A stretch of DNA of 64,000 nucleotides from a virus (IMGVR_UViG_3300012286_000299:45277-109276), one strand, 5' to 3'. Positions 29,895 through 40,627 are shown, numbered from the stretch's first letter. Translations and numbers: made by a program. Notes: generated from the sequence alone by a model not told the origin.

Positions 29895-30565
29895 TTAAAT
29901 TAAGTAACATATTAAAAGAAATTGAAATTGGTTTACCGCCAGAAGGTAAAATCAGATCAAAAGATATTTTTATTCAAAAAAATGGAGGTAATTTAAAAGC
30001 ATATAAATTTAATAGTGTAAATGGTATTGATATTGAATTAGAAAGAATTTATGATGATTATAATTTTAATTATGATAATTATATTTCTAATTCAGATTAT
30101 GTAAAAACTATTAATCAATATGGAAATCCAGAAGATGTATTTGAAGATATTTATGGGATAAATCCATTATTATTAAAAGATTTTTTTAAAACAAATACTT
30201 TAAAAGAAATTGAAGTAGGAATGGGAGGTGGTCCTAGAGTTTATGCAAATGAATCTAGAAAAGATCTTTTCAAAATAGAAAACTTTCCTGTTTTACAAGA
30301 TAAAGAAAGAATTAAAGTACCAGGATTTACAAATGTAAAAAGAAAAGTAGACCCTCAATTTTGGAAAATAATAGATAAAATACAAGATTATTCACCCAAA
30401 AATAAAAGACCAAACCCTGATATATCATTTTCAGGAGATTTTTCAACACCTGGAACATCATATGTTATGATAGAGGATCCTGGTGTATTTACTGTAATAG
30501 AGACTTTAGAACATTTAGGTAAAGATGAAGATTGGGATTTAAGCCAAGATTGGAAAGAAATTTAA
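29891..30565 (+). CDS. Hypothetical protein, MIKL..IL.E family
   Basis: N-terminus MIKLSNILKEIE; internal echo TLKEIEVGMGG. Confidence 0.6.
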   Translation: MIKLSNILKEIEIGLPPEGKIRSKDIFIQKNGGNLKAYKFNSVNGIDIELERIYDDYNFNYDNYISNSDYVKTINQYGNPEDVFEDIYGINPLLLKDFFKTNTLKEIEVGMGGGPRVYANESRKDLFKIENFPVLQDKERIKVPGFTNVKRKVDPQFWKIIDKIQDYSPKNKRPNPDISFSGDFSTPGTSYVMIEDPGVFTVIETLEHLGKDEDWDLSQDWKEI

Positions 30566-30569
30566 TATT

Positions 30570-30908
30570 ATGATTAAATTATCAAATTTATTAAGTGAAA
30601 TCGAAGTAAGAATGGGAGGGAAATCCTTATTATGGGGGTACAATGATTATGATGAATTTATGGAATTAGTTAAGTTAAATGGGTTTAAAAATTCCCAAGA
30701 AGCTTTAGATGAAATAAATAAACTTTACCCACATGATGATCCATATTATATTGATGGAGATATATTTTCTTCAGATTATCCTTTATATGCTTATTTAATA
30801 GATGATGGGCGAGTAAAATTTGTAGATGATTTATCTGAATTTGGTGATAATTATAATACAGAAGAAAGTTGGGGGATTACTAAATGGTCAGAAGATCCTC
30901 CTTTATAA
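30570..30908 (+). CDS. Hypothetical acidic protein, MIKL..LL.E family
   Basis: N-terminus MIKLSNLLSEIEVRMGG. Confidence 0.6.
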   Translation: MIKLSNLLSEIEVRMGGKSLLWGYNDYDEFMELVKLNGFKNSQEALDEINKLYPHDDPYYIDGDIFSSDYPLYAYLIDDGRVKFVDDLSEFGDNYNTEESWGITKWSEDPPL

Positions 30909-30914
30909 AAAAAT

Positions 30915-30945
30915 TTTGCTTCTTTAAGAAGCTTTATTATATTTA
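30915..30945 (+). promoter_or_regulatory. Promoter with internal inverted repeat
   Basis: TTTG-N19-TATATTTA; spacer holds GCTTC/GAAGC inverted repeat. Confidence 0.7.
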
Positions 30946-30987
30946 CGAATACAAATTAGTTTTAACATTTTAAAAAAACAAAAAGTT

Positions 30988-31830
30988 ATGAATTTAGACT
31001 TGATTCAAAGCAAGCTTTCTGAAATGTCTGCTCCTAAAGGAGGAGGACAAAAAACAAACGATAAAGCACTTAGCTTTTGGAAACCACCTGTTGGAAAAGC
31101 CTTAGTAAGGTTTGTACCTTCAAAATTTAATCCCGAAAACCCTTTTAGAGAGTTATACTTTCACTATGGTATAGGAAAAAGAACAATTATTTCACCTTCA
31201 AACTTTGGTGAAAAAGACCCAATTATCGAATTTTCAAAAGAACTTCGTAAAACTAAAGAACCTGAAAACTGGAAACTAGCTAAAAAACTTGAACCAAAAA
31301 TGAGAGTTTTCGCGCCTGTTATTGTTAGAGGTGAAGAAGAAAAAGGAGTTCGTTTATGGGAATTTGGTAAAGAAATTTATCAATCATTATTATCATTGGC
31401 TGCTGATGAGGATATCGGAGACTTTACAGACGTAATGGAAGGTAGAGATATGAAAGTTGAAACAGTAGGTCCTGAAACTACAGGAACTGAGTACAACAAA
31501 TCACGTATCATGCCTGCTCTTAAAACTTCACAGTTATGTACTGATAACGATGATTTAACTAAGTGGTTAGAAACTCAACCTGACCCAACTTCATTCTCTA
31601 AAAAGTATACTTTTGATGAGATTAAACAATTCCTAGCTGAATGGTTAAATCCTGAAGAAGAAGCTAAAGAAGAAGGAAGTATCATGGATGGTCCTGCAAC
31701 TGAATTTGATTCACCAGGTCCAGTAGAATCTAAATTTGAATTAGATACTAAACCAAAAACCAACAAAGCATTTGCTCCTAAAAAGGAAATTCCAACTGCA
31801 GATGAGTTTGATGACTTATTTAAAGAATAA
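30988..31830 (+). CDS. Single-stranded DNA-binding protein, gp32-like
   Basis: FWKP..GKALVRFVP, KDPIIEF, VRLWEFGKEIY, DFTDVMEGRD; acidic tail DEFDDLF. Confidence 0.8.
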   Translation: MNLDLIQSKLSEMSAPKGGGQKTNDKALSFWKPPVGKALVRFVPSKFNPENPFRELYFHYGIGKRTIISPSNFGEKDPIIEFSKELRKTKEPENWKLAKKLEPKMRVFAPVIVRGEEEKGVRLWEFGKEIYQSLLSLAADEDIGDFTDVMEGRDMKVETVGPETTGTEYNKSRIMPALKTSQLCTDNDDLTKWLETQPDPTSFSKKYTFDEIKQFLAEWLNPEEEAKEEGSIMDGPATEFDSPGPVESKFELDTKPKTNKAFAPKKEIPTADEFDDLFKE

Positions 31831-31837
31831 CTAATTT

Positions 31838-32908
31838 ATGGCCAGTAAAAAAGAAGAAAGCCTTTCCGGCAAAGTCGGAAAGGCAGTTACTGGGACTTTC
31901 TCACTTGATAAGTTCAAAAAAGGTAAAAATTTAGGACAAGGCGCATCAAATTTTAAACCACAAGCGTGGATTAAATTTACTGAACCTGTTGCTGAAACAC
32001 TAGAAATGCCTGGTATTCCTAAAGGGCATATTTCATTAGTTAGAGGTCATAGTAATACAGGTAAAACAACCTTATTAATTGAAGCTGCTATTGAAGCTCA
32101 AAAAACTAATGTACTCCCAGTTATTATTATTACTGAGATGAAACATAGTTGGGAACACTGGTCTGCAATGGGGTTTGATTTAGGTGAAACTACTGATGAA
32201 GATGGTAATAAAGAATATGCTGGATTTTTCCTTTATGCTGATAGAGAACAACTTCAATCAATTGAAGATGTAGCTGCATTTATTGCGGATCTATTAGATG
32301 AACAAAAGAAAGGTAATTTACCTTATGATTTGTTATTCTTATGGGATTCAATTGGTTCTATTCCTTGTCAAATGTCATTAGAGAAAAATTCTAACTCTCC
32401 AATGTGGAATGCTGGAGCAATGTCTCAACAATTTAGTAACTTTATTAACCAAAGAATTGTAATGTCACGTAAGGAATCACAACCTTATACTAATACAATG
32501 TTATGTGTAAATAAAGTATGGGTTGAACCAGCATTAATGCCAATGGCTCAGCCAAAATTACGTAATAAAAACGGTGATAGTATGTTTTTTGATGCCTCAT
32601 TCATTATTACATTTGGTAACGTAACTAGTCCTGGTACTCAAAAGGTTAAAGCTACTAAAAATGGTAAAGAAATTGAGTTTGCATTAAAAACTAAAATATC
32701 TTGTGATAAGAATCACGTAACAGGTGTAACAGCTAAAGGTACTATTGTAAGTACTGCTCACGGGTTTATTAAAAATTCACCTAACGAAATAAATAAGTAT
32801 AAAAAAGAACATTCTAAAAATTGGGCTAGTATTTTAGGTAGTGATGATTTTGATATTGTTGAAGAAGAAAATACAGATTTCGTTGGAATTGATACATCAG
32901 AAATTTAA
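31838..32908 (+). CDS. RecA/UvsX-like recombinase
   Basis: RGHSNTGKTT Walker A; FLWDSIGS Walker B. Confidence 0.85.
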   Translation: MASKKEESLSGKVGKAVTGTFSLDKFKKGKNLGQGASNFKPQAWIKFTEPVAETLEMPGIPKGHISLVRGHSNTGKTTLLIEAAIEAQKTNVLPVIIITEMKHSWEHWSAMGFDLGETTDEDGNKEYAGFFLYADREQLQSIEDVAAFIADLLDEQKKGNLPYDLLFLWDSIGSIPCQMSLEKNSNSPMWNAGAMSQQFSNFINQRIVMSRKESQPYTNTMLCVNKVWVEPALMPMAQPKLRNKNGDSMFFDASFIITFGNVTSPGTQKVKATKNGKEIEFALKTKISCDKNHVTGVTAKGTIVSTAHGFIKNSPNEINKYKKEHSKNWASILGSDDFDIVEEENTDFVGIDTSEI

Positions 32909-32910
32909 AT

Positions 32911-33939
32911 ATGAATTATAAAGATCTTTTAAATAATATAAAAGAAGATTCAACTAGTGAGGCCCTACATTTAAACAGTAGGGTCTTATTGGTCGATAGC
33001 ATGAATACCTTCTTAAGATCGTTTGCTGTTATAAACAGTACAAATACTCAAGGAACTCAAATTGGTGGTATGACAGGATTTTTACGATCCTTGGCTTATG
33101 TAGTAAATTTAGTACAACCAACAAGAGTAATTTGTATTTTTGATGGTGAAGGAAATACTACAAATAGAAAACACTTATACGCTGATTATAAAGCTAATCG
33201 TAAGTTAAAAAGAGTAACAAATTGGTCTTCATTTGATAATTTAGAAGAAGAATCTGCTTCATTATCACAACAAATGTTAAGATTAATTGATTACTTAAAA
33301 ACTTTACCAATTAATATTATAACAAGAGATAAATTAGAGGCAGATGACATAATTGGTTATCTAGCTCCTAAATTTGATACATCTATTATAATGTCAGCCG
33401 ATCAAGATTTTTTACAATTGTGTAGTGATACTGTACAAGTATATTCTCCAATTAAAAAGAAATTTTATGGTCCAAAGGAAGTATTTGATGAATATGGGTT
33501 ATGGCCTCAAAACTTTGTAAATTATAAAGTATTAATGGGTGACTCATCTGATAATGTTCCGGGTGTTAAAGGTTTAGGTCCTAAAAAGTTATATAAGTTA
33601 TTTCCTGAACTTGCAGATGATCGACAAGTACCTTTAAAGGAAATTATTCAAAAAGGGTATGATAATAGTGAAGTAAATGGGATTTATGGTAACGTTTATT
33701 TATTTAGAAAACAGCTAGAAATCAACGAAAAACTAATGTCATTAGAAAATCCTAATATCCCCTATTATGATGTCGAGGTATTAGATAATTTAATTGAAGA
33801 AGAACCTTATGCTTTAAATCAAACAAGATTCTTACAATTACATCAATCAGATTTGTTAGAAATCCAAATTTCTCCTAATATAGAATTTTGGATCTCAAAT
33901 AATTTTTCGTATCTTACAAAGTACAAACACAAAAAATAA
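32911..33939 (+). CDS. 5'-3' exonuclease/flap nuclease (T4 RNase H-like)
   Basis: LLVDSMN, FDGEG, YKANR, LEADDIIG, SADQDFLQL, GDSSDNVPGVKGLGPK. Confidence 0.92.
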   Translation: MNYKDLLNNIKEDSTSEALHLNSRVLLVDSMNTFLRSFAVINSTNTQGTQIGGMTGFLRSLAYVVNLVQPTRVICIFDGEGNTTNRKHLYADYKANRKLKRVTNWSSFDNLEEESASLSQQMLRLIDYLKTLPINIITRDKLEADDIIGYLAPKFDTSIIMSADQDFLQLCSDTVQVYSPIKKKFYGPKEVFDEYGLWPQNFVNYKVLMGDSSDNVPGVKGLGPKKLYKLFPELADDRQVPLKEIIQKGYDNSEVNGIYGNVYLFRKQLEINEKLMSLENPNIPYYDVEVLDNLIEEEPYALNQTRFLQLHQSDLLEIQISPNIEFWISNNFSYLTKYKHKK

Positions 33940-33950
33940 AAGTTATATAA

Positions 33951-35336
33951 ATGGTTGCATTTTCAAGTTTAAAGGACTACGGTCCTACATTTCAAATAAA
34001 AGTTATAAGTTCTTTATTAAAAAATAAAGGATTTTTACTTAATGTTAGAGACATTATTGATGATAACCATTTCGAACATCCTGGTCATAAATGGATTTTA
34101 ACTGAAGCATTAAAATACTTTGATAAATTTCATACCACTCCTACTCTTGATTCATTAAAGATCGAAGTTAAGAAAATTGATAATGATATTTTACAAACAG
34201 CTGTAAAAGAACAATTAAAGTTAATTTATACTACTCAATATGATGATCAAGAATATGTTGAAGAAGAATTTGCAAATTTCTGTAAAAATCAATTATTAAA
34301 AAATGCTTTACTTGATTCAGTAGATCTATTAAAAAATGGTCATTATGATGATATTCGATTATTAATTGATAATGCTTTAAAAGCAGGTGCTGATAAGAAT
34401 TTAGGTCACGAATATAAAAAAGATGTTGAATCTCGTTATAGAGAATCAAGTAGAAAAGTAGTACCTACACCTTGGACTATATTAAATACCTTATTACAAG
34501 GTGGTTTAGGTGGAGGTGATTATGGTTTAATTTATGGTGGTCCTGGTGGTGGTAAATCGTGGGATTTAGTAGCATTAGGTGCATTTGCTGGTTCATTAGG
34601 TTATAAAGTTATTCATTATACTTTAGAATTAGGTGAAGATTATGTTGGTAAAAGATATGATGCATACTATACAGGAATTTCTGTAAGTGATGTTCATAAT
34701 TACCAAGATAAAATTAAAGAAATGTTAGAAGAATATGATGACAACATTATTATTAAAGAATACCCTTCTAAAGGAGCATCTTTAACTACAATTAAATCAC
34801 ATATCCAAAAAACAATGGATTTAGGTTTTACTCCTGATTTAATTTTAATCGATTACGTGGATTTATTAAAACCACCTGCAAGACGTAAAGAGAAAAAAGA
34901 AGAAATTGACGATTTACATTATGGAACTAAAGGTTTAGCCAAAGAATTAAATTTACCTATTTGGTCAGTATCACAAGTAAATAGAGCAGGTGCTAAAGAT
35001 GAAATTGTTGAAGGTGATAAATCAGCAGGTTCATATGAAAAACAAGCTATTGTAGATTTTGGTATGTCTCAATCTAGATTGAAAAAAGATAAAACAGAAG
35101 GTACAGGAAGATGGCACATTCAAAAGAATCGTTATGGTCCTGATGGTATGACTTATAATGTCAATATTGATACATCTTGTGGTCATATTGAGGTACTAGG
35201 TGAATATGATGATACTGAAGATTATAAAAATCAACCACAAGCTCCTGCATCTAAATTTGGAGGAATCACACCTAATGAGAAAAATGCAATAAATGCTTTA
35301 TTTAAAAATTTTACTTTAATCAATGATACTGAATAA
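33951..35336 (+). CDS. Replicative DnaB/gp41-like helicase
   Basis: GGPGGGKS, YTLEL, LIDYVDLL, WSVSQVNR, KNRYGPDG. Confidence 0.9.
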   Translation: MVAFSSLKDYGPTFQIKVISSLLKNKGFLLNVRDIIDDNHFEHPGHKWILTEALKYFDKFHTTPTLDSLKIEVKKIDNDILQTAVKEQLKLIYTTQYDDQEYVEEEFANFCKNQLLKNALLDSVDLLKNGHYDDIRLLIDNALKAGADKNLGHEYKKDVESRYRESSRKVVPTPWTILNTLLQGGLGGGDYGLIYGGPGGGKSWDLVALGAFAGSLGYKVIHYTLELGEDYVGKRYDAYYTGISVSDVHNYQDKIKEMLEEYDDNIIIKEYPSKGASLTTIKSHIQKTMDLGFTPDLILIDYVDLLKPPARRKEKKEEIDDLHYGTKGLAKELNLPIWSVSQVNRAGAKDEIVEGDKSAGSYEKQAIVDFGMSQSRLKKDKTEGTGRWHIQKNRYGPDGMTYNVNIDTSCGHIEVLGEYDDTEDYKNQPQAPASKFGGITPNEKNAINALFKNFTLINDTE

Positions 35337-35372
35337 TATTTATAACCACGTCTTTTAAAATTTAAAAAATTT

Positions 35373-36323
35373 ATGTTAACACAACCTCGCCATTTTTATA
35401 AACCATTTGAATATCAAGAAGCTTTTGATTTTTACTTAAATCAACAAAGAGCACATTGGTTAGCAGATGAAGTTCCATTAGCTTCTGATTTAAATGATTG
35501 GAAATTAAAACTAACGGAAGAAGAAAAAAATCTAATAGGTAATATCTTAAAATCATTTGCTCAAACTGAAGTACACGTAAATGATTATTGGTCATCAAAT
35601 GTATCTAAATGGTTTCCAAAACCCGAAATAGTGGCAATGACTTCTACATTTGGTTCATTTGAAGCTATACATGCTCAAGCATATGCTCGTTTAAATGAAG
35701 AGTTAGGATTAGAGGATTTTGCAGCCTTTTTAGAAGATGAAGCTTCTGCAGCTAAAATTGAAAGATTGTTAAATACTCCTAATGAAACATTGGAAGAAAA
35801 AGCGCAATCTTTAGCTATATTTTCTGCATTCACTGAGGGTGTTAACTTATTTTCTTCATTCGCAATATTAATGTCTTTTCAATTAAGAAATTTAATGAAA
35901 GGTACAGGACAAATTGTAGAATGGAGTGTAAGAGATGAATCATTACATTCAAAAGCAGGTTGTTGGTTATTTAGAACTTTATTAAGTGAAAATCTTGAAT
36001 TAAACACAGATGATTTAAGAAATAAAATAACTGAAGCATGTCACTTATCTGTAAAATTAGAATTTGATTTTATTGATAAGGCTTTTGAAATGGGTGATAT
36101 TGATGGTTTAAATAAAGATCAGTTAAAAAACTTTATTAAAGCTAGAGCAAACGAAAAAATAATTGAATTAGGTTATCACGCTGTTTATAATGATATTGAT
36201 CCCAATCTATTAAAACAAATGGAATGGTTTGGTCATTTAACATCAGGAAAAACACATCAAGATTTCTTCGCAGGTAGAGTAACAAGTTATGCAAAGTCAA
36301 CAGCCGATTGGGACGATTTATAA
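35373..36323 (+). CDS. nrdB: Ribonucleotide reductase class I beta subunit
   Basis: HWLADEVPL, FAQTE, FEAIH, EGVNLFSSF, RDESLH iron ligands. Confidence 0.95.
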   Translation: MLTQPRHFYKPFEYQEAFDFYLNQQRAHWLADEVPLASDLNDWKLKLTEEEKNLIGNILKSFAQTEVHVNDYWSSNVSKWFPKPEIVAMTSTFGSFEAIHAQAYARLNEELGLEDFAAFLEDEASAAKIERLLNTPNETLEEKAQSLAIFSAFTEGVNLFSSFAILMSFQLRNLMKGTGQIVEWSVRDESLHSKAGCWLFRTLLSENLELNTDDLRNKITEACHLSVKLEFDFIDKAFEMGDIDGLNKDQLKNFIKARANEKIIELGYHAVYNDIDPNLLKQMEWFGHLTSGKTHQDFFAGRVTSYAKSTADWDDL

Positions 36324-36337
36324 AATAAATAATTAAA

Positions 36338-38065
36338 ATGAGTATACAAGTAGATACAAGTACATGGGTTAAAGGAAAACAATACCCAGCATGGGCTGAT
36401 GAAATTTCATTGAGCATTATTTCTAAAGGGTATTTACTACCTGAAGAAGATATGTTTAAAGCCTTTACTAGAGTTAGTAGAGCATCAGCAAGAAGGTTAA
36501 AAAGAAAAGACCTACAACCCTTTTTCTATGAAGCAATGGTTAAAAACTGGTTATGTTTAGCATCACCTGTATTTTCAAATATGGGAACTGAAAGAGGTAT
36601 GCCTATTTCATGTTTTGGGATTGATGTAGATGATTCAATTGAAGGAATTGCACATTCTAATTCTGAATTAATGAGATTATCTTCACAAGGTGGTGGAGTA
36701 GGAGTTGGTTTATCTCGTATTAGAGGTAGAGGTAAAGCTATTAAAGATAATGGTGTAAGTGAAGGAGTAGTGCCTTGGGCTAAAATATTTGATTCAACAA
36801 TACTAGCTACAAATCAAGGATCAGTACGTAGAGGAGCAGCATCTGTTAATTTAAGTATTAATCACCCTGATATTGAAGAGTTTATGAGTATTCGTAGACC
36901 AAAAGGTGATGTTAATAGACAATGTTTAAATCTTCATCAATGTGTTGTAATTGATGATGAATTTATGAATAAACTTGAAGAAAGAGATCCTAAAGCTTTA
37001 AAATTGTGGGGTGAAATTCTTAAAACACGTTTAGAAACAGGTGAACCATATATAATGTTTGAAGATAATATTAATAATGCTAATCCTCAACCATACAAAC
37101 AAAATAATCTTAAAGTAACAATGACGAACATTTGTTCTGAAATTGCCCTTTATACAGATGAATTACATTCATTTATTTGTTGTTTATCTTCATTGAATTT
37201 AGCAAGATGGGATGAATGGAAAGATTATAAGTTTGAAAATGGTATGACATTACCTGAATTATCTGTTTGGTTTTTAGAAGGAGCATTACAAGAATTTATT
37301 GATAGAGCAAAACATATTAAATTCTTTGAAAATACAGTACGTTCAGCATCTAAAGGAAGAGCAATTGGTTTAGGAGTATTAGGGTGGCATACATTCTTAC
37401 AATCTAAAAATTTACCATTTATTGGAATACAAGCAGATACTTACACTAGAATGATGTTTGATTATATTGAACAAGAATCTATTAAAGCATCTAAAGCACA
37501 AGCCTTAGAATATGGAGAGCCTGAATGGTGCAAAGGAACAGGATTACGTCATACACATTTAATGGCTATTGCTCCAACAGTATCAAATGCTCATATTTCA
37601 GGTGGTGTTTCACCTTCAATTGAACCTATTCCTGCTAATGTTTTTAATTTAAAAACAGCTAAAGGAGTATTTATTAAGAAAAATCCTATATTAGAAAAAT
37701 TATTAGAAAGTAAAGGATTTAACATTGATAGTGTTTGGGATCAAATTTTAAAAGACCAAGGTTCTGTATTAGGATTACCTGATTATATTCTATCAGATGA
37801 AGAAAAAGAAGTATTCTTAACTTTCAAAGAAATTAATCAGTTAGAAATTGTAAGACAAAATTCTATTAGACAAAAATATGTAGATCAAGCAATTTCATTA
37901 AATTTATCATTTGATCCTAATGATACTCCTAAATGGATAAGTACAGTACATAAGGAAGCACATGCATTAGGAATTAAAACTTTATATTACTTAAGAACTG
38001 AATCAGTACTACGTGGTGATAATTTACAACGAACTGCTGAAAGTTGTGTGAGTTGCGAAGGATAA
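36338..38065 (+). CDS. nrdA: Ribonucleotide reductase class I alpha subunit (short N-terminus, no obvious ATP cone)
   Basis: PISCF, GGGVG, TNICSEI, CCLSSLN, IAPTVS, KTLYYLR, C-terminal CVSCEG. Confidence 0.95.
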   Translation: MSIQVDTSTWVKGKQYPAWADEISLSIISKGYLLPEEDMFKAFTRVSRASARRLKRKDLQPFFYEAMVKNWLCLASPVFSNMGTERGMPISCFGIDVDDSIEGIAHSNSELMRLSSQGGGVGVGLSRIRGRGKAIKDNGVSEGVVPWAKIFDSTILATNQGSVRRGAASVNLSINHPDIEEFMSIRRPKGDVNRQCLNLHQCVVIDDEFMNKLEERDPKALKLWGEILKTRLETGEPYIMFEDNINNANPQPYKQNNLKVTMTNICSEIALYTDELHSFICCLSSLNLARWDEWKDYKFENGMTLPELSVWFLEGALQEFIDRAKHIKFFENTVRSASKGRAIGLGVLGWHTFLQSKNLPFIGIQADTYTRMMFDYIEQESIKASKAQALEYGEPEWCKGTGLRHTHLMAIAPTVSNAHISGGVSPSIEPIPANVFNLKTAKGVFIKKNPILEKLLESKGFNIDSVWDQILKDQGSVLGLPDYILSDEEKEVFLTFKEINQLEIVRQNSIRQKYVDQAISLNLSFDPNDTPKWISTVHKEAHALGIKTLYYLRTESVLRGDNLQRTAESCVSCEG

Positions 38066-38088
38066 TAAAATATGTAAATCTTTGAAAA

Positions 38089-38114
38089 GAAGCCCTGGAT
38101 ACCCCAGGGCTTTC
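38089..38114 (+). terminator. Intrinsic terminator
   Basis: AAGCCCTGG...CCAGGGCTT hairpin, short T run. Confidence 0.75.
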
Positions 38115-38148
38115 TATATTTATTACTATAATATAAAAATAGGTAGGT

Positions 38149-38349
38149 ATGTCGTTATTTCAAAGATTCAAAGCTCCTACTCCAAAAATATGGAGACAAT
38201 TAGGAAATAGTTTATTAGCTGTATCTGCAGCTATTTCGGGTTATACAATTTATGCAGATCAACCCATAATTGCTACTATTACAATGGTAAGTGGGGTGTT
38301 AGGTAAGTTTTTAACTAGCTTCTTTGTAGAAGATAATACACCACAATAA
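38149..38349 (+). CDS. Putative holin (2 TM)
   Basis: 66 aa, two hydrophobic segments, directly upstream of endolysin. Confidence 0.6.
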   Translation: MSLFQRFKAPTPKIWRQLGNSLLAVSAAISGYTIYADQPIIATITMVSGVLGKFLTSFFVEDNTPQ

Positions 38350-38960
38350 TGAGTATTATAGCACTACAAACTAAAATAGGAGTTAAACCTGATGGGGATT
38401 TTGGGCCTACATCATTTAAAACTGCTTGTAAATTTTTTGGGTTTACACCGGAAAGAGGTGCTCACTTCTTTGGACAAACCGAACATGAAACGGGAGGTTA
38501 TAAACTATTTGTGGAAAATCTAAATTATGGTGCTCAAGGGTTAAATACTACATTTAAAAAATATTTTCCTACTTTAGAAAGTGCTAAACTTTATGAAAGA
38601 AATCCTGAAAAGATAGCTAATAAGGTATATGCTTCAAGAATGGGTAATGGAGATGAGAAATCAGGAGATGGTTTCAAATTCAGAGGTAGAGGGGCTTTAC
38701 AAACCACAGGTAAAGATAATTACACATTATTTGCTCAACACATCCAAAAACCAGAAATTATTACCACTCCAGATTTAGTTGCTACTTTATATGCATTTGA
38801 ATCTGCAATATTCTTTTTTGATAAAAATAAACTTTGGAGCATTTGCGATAAAGGAGTTAATGATGATACAATTTTAGCTCTTACATTAAAGATAAATGGA
38901 GGGAAAAACGGATTAGATGATAGAATCTTAAAAACTAAAAAATATTACGGGTACAAATAA
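38349..38960 (+). CDS. Endolysin, glycoside hydrolase family 19
   Basis: AHFFGQTEHETGG, ENLNY, NKVYASRMGNGDEKSGDGFKFRGRGALQTTGKDNY, INGGKNGLDDR. Confidence 0.9.
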   Translation: MSIIALQTKIGVKPDGDFGPTSFKTACKFFGFTPERGAHFFGQTEHETGGYKLFVENLNYGAQGLNTTFKKYFPTLESAKLYERNPEKIANKVYASRMGNGDEKSGDGFKFRGRGALQTTGKDNYTLFAQHIQKPEIITTPDLVATLYAFESAIFFFDKNKLWSICDKGVNDDTILALTLKINGGKNGLDDRILKTKKYYGYK

Positions 38961-38964
38961 AGGT

Positions 38965-39555
38965 ATGGATAATTTTGATATAAAAAAATATTTAATTGAG
39001 AATAAATTGACAACTAATTCACAACAATTAGATGAAATTGATTGGAAAGGATTAACTGCAGGTGTAATATTATCATTAACAGGTTTAACAGGAGCCCAAG
39101 CTCAAACCTCCCAACCTACTTCTACTCAAACTACTCAAACTGTTTCAAAACCTATGTTTGGTACTCCCGAACAAAGAGCAGCTGCAGCTGAAAAAAGAAA
39201 GCAAAATCGTATAACAATTTTTAATAATTTTATAAAAGGAGCTTATAACACTAGAGAATGTGTTGAAGAAATAGACGATGAAGAATATGCTAAGGGTTGT
39301 TCTAATACAGATAATGATGGATCACCTTATATAAATGGGACATCAACCGAGTTACCTGAATTTCTTTATAGAGAATTAGAAAATGGTACAAAAGTAAAAA
39401 TTGATTTAAAAAAATACCAAAGAATTATCAAAAAACGTGGTAAAGCTGAAGATGTAGGTTTAGAGGGAATGCAAGACCCTTCATTTAAACCAACACAATG
39501 TGGTATATCTAGAGCTCATGCCAAACAGGATAAAGAAGAGTTTAAAAAGAAATAA
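38965..39555 (+). CDS. Hypothetical protein
   Basis: Starts MDNFDIKKYLIENKL..LDEID followed by a hydrophobic segment. Confidence 0.55.
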   Translation: MDNFDIKKYLIENKLTTNSQQLDEIDWKGLTAGVILSLTGLTGAQAQTSQPTSTQTTQTVSKPMFGTPEQRAAAAEKRKQNRITIFNNFIKGAYNTRECVEEIDDEEYAKGCSNTDNDGSPYINGTSTELPEFLYRELENGTKVKIDLKKYQRIIKKRGKAEDVGLEGMQDPSFKPTQCGISRAHAKQDKEEFKKK

Positions 39556-39566
39556 TCTAAGTTATC

Positions 39567-39983
39567 ATGAAAACAGGATTAATTATTACCTTATCAATGT
39601 CAACAGTATTGGCCTTTGTAGGCACCTATTTTTTTAACCTAACTGCAGATAACGTCGAGCAATTCCTTGCTGTTGCTGTAGTAGTATTTGCTGATGGGTT
39701 TTTTGGTATTTGGGCAGGAACTAAACAAGAAGGTTTTCAAACGTGTAAAGCTTTAAAAGTACCTAAAACCTTTATATTTTGGGAAATAATGTTAGCTTGT
39801 ATTTTATCAATTGAAAAGGGATTTGCAGGAACAGGATGGTTAAGTGAAACAATAATGGCACCTTTCTTAGTATTCCAACTAGTATCAGTTTTAAAGAATG
39901 CTTCAAGAGCAGGTATAATAAAAAATGAATTACTTACTCAAATTTTGAGTAAATTAGATAAACATAAAGATGTTACAGATTAA
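39567..39983 (+). CDS. Putative holin-like membrane protein
   Basis: 3-4 TM segments; VFADGFFGIWAG; SVLKNA. Confidence 0.55.
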   Translation: MKTGLIITLSMSTVLAFVGTYFFNLTADNVEQFLAVAVVVFADGFFGIWAGTKQEGFQTCKALKVPKTFIFWEIMLACILSIEKGFAGTGWLSETIMAPFLVFQLVSVLKNASRAGIIKNELLTQILSKLDKHKDVTD

Positions 39984-40620
39984 TAAAGCAATACAATACA
40001 TTAAAAAACTAGACCTTAAGACATTATTGATTATAGGTCTTATTGTTGTAATTCTCCTAATGAGAGCATGTAGTGGGGATGGAGATACTACAAAACCAGA
40101 AACCATTAATGTAAATGGACGTAAATACGAAGTTTTAGATAGAAAAGTAGATACAGTATATGTGCCTAAAGATACAATTGTATATCGTCCAGGAAAAACA
40201 ATTTATAAGGATAAACCAATTTATATAGAAATACCTAGTAATATAGATTCTTCTGCAATATTTAGAGATTATTTTTCAACAATTGTTTACAAAGATACCT
40301 TAAAACTTAATGAAGATATGGGATATGTAACAGTTACTGATACTGTTTCAACAAATAAAATTATAGGACGTCTTTGGAGTGCTCAATTAAAACAAAAAAC
40401 TATTCACGAAACAACAATTGTAAAAGAACCAGCTAGAACACAATTATATATTGGTGGTACAGTTGGGTTTGATACTAAAAGTCCAATTAACTTTGTAGGT
40501 CCTACTCTAATGTTAAAGACCAAATCAGATAGAGTTTATACCTTATCGGCAGGATATGGAATAGATCATACTGTAATAGTCCAGGGAGGTCTTCTTTGGA
40601 AAATAAAATTAAGAAAATAA
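39970..40620 (+). CDS. Membrane-anchored/lipoprotein, spanin-like candidate
   Basis: Hydrophobic helix ending LLMRAC; several D-T-hydrophobic sequons; last gene of lysis block. Confidence 0.4.
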   Translation: MLQINKAIQYIKKLDLKTLLIIGLIVVILLMRACSGDGDTTKPETINVNGRKYEVLDRKVDTVYVPKDTIVYRPGKTIYKDKPIYIEIPSNIDSSAIFRDYFSTIVYKDTLKLNEDMGYVTVTDTVSTNKIIGRLWSAQLKQKTIHETTIVKEPARTQLYIGGTVGFDTKSPINFVGPTLMLKTKSDRVYTLSAGYGIDHTVIVQGGLLWKIKLRK

Positions 40621-40627
40621 AAACAAA

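Noticed and set aside
33951-38065. Inteins or self-splicing introns in helicase and nrd genes
   Set aside because: Lengths are compact and motifs contiguous; no intein termini or interrupted frames
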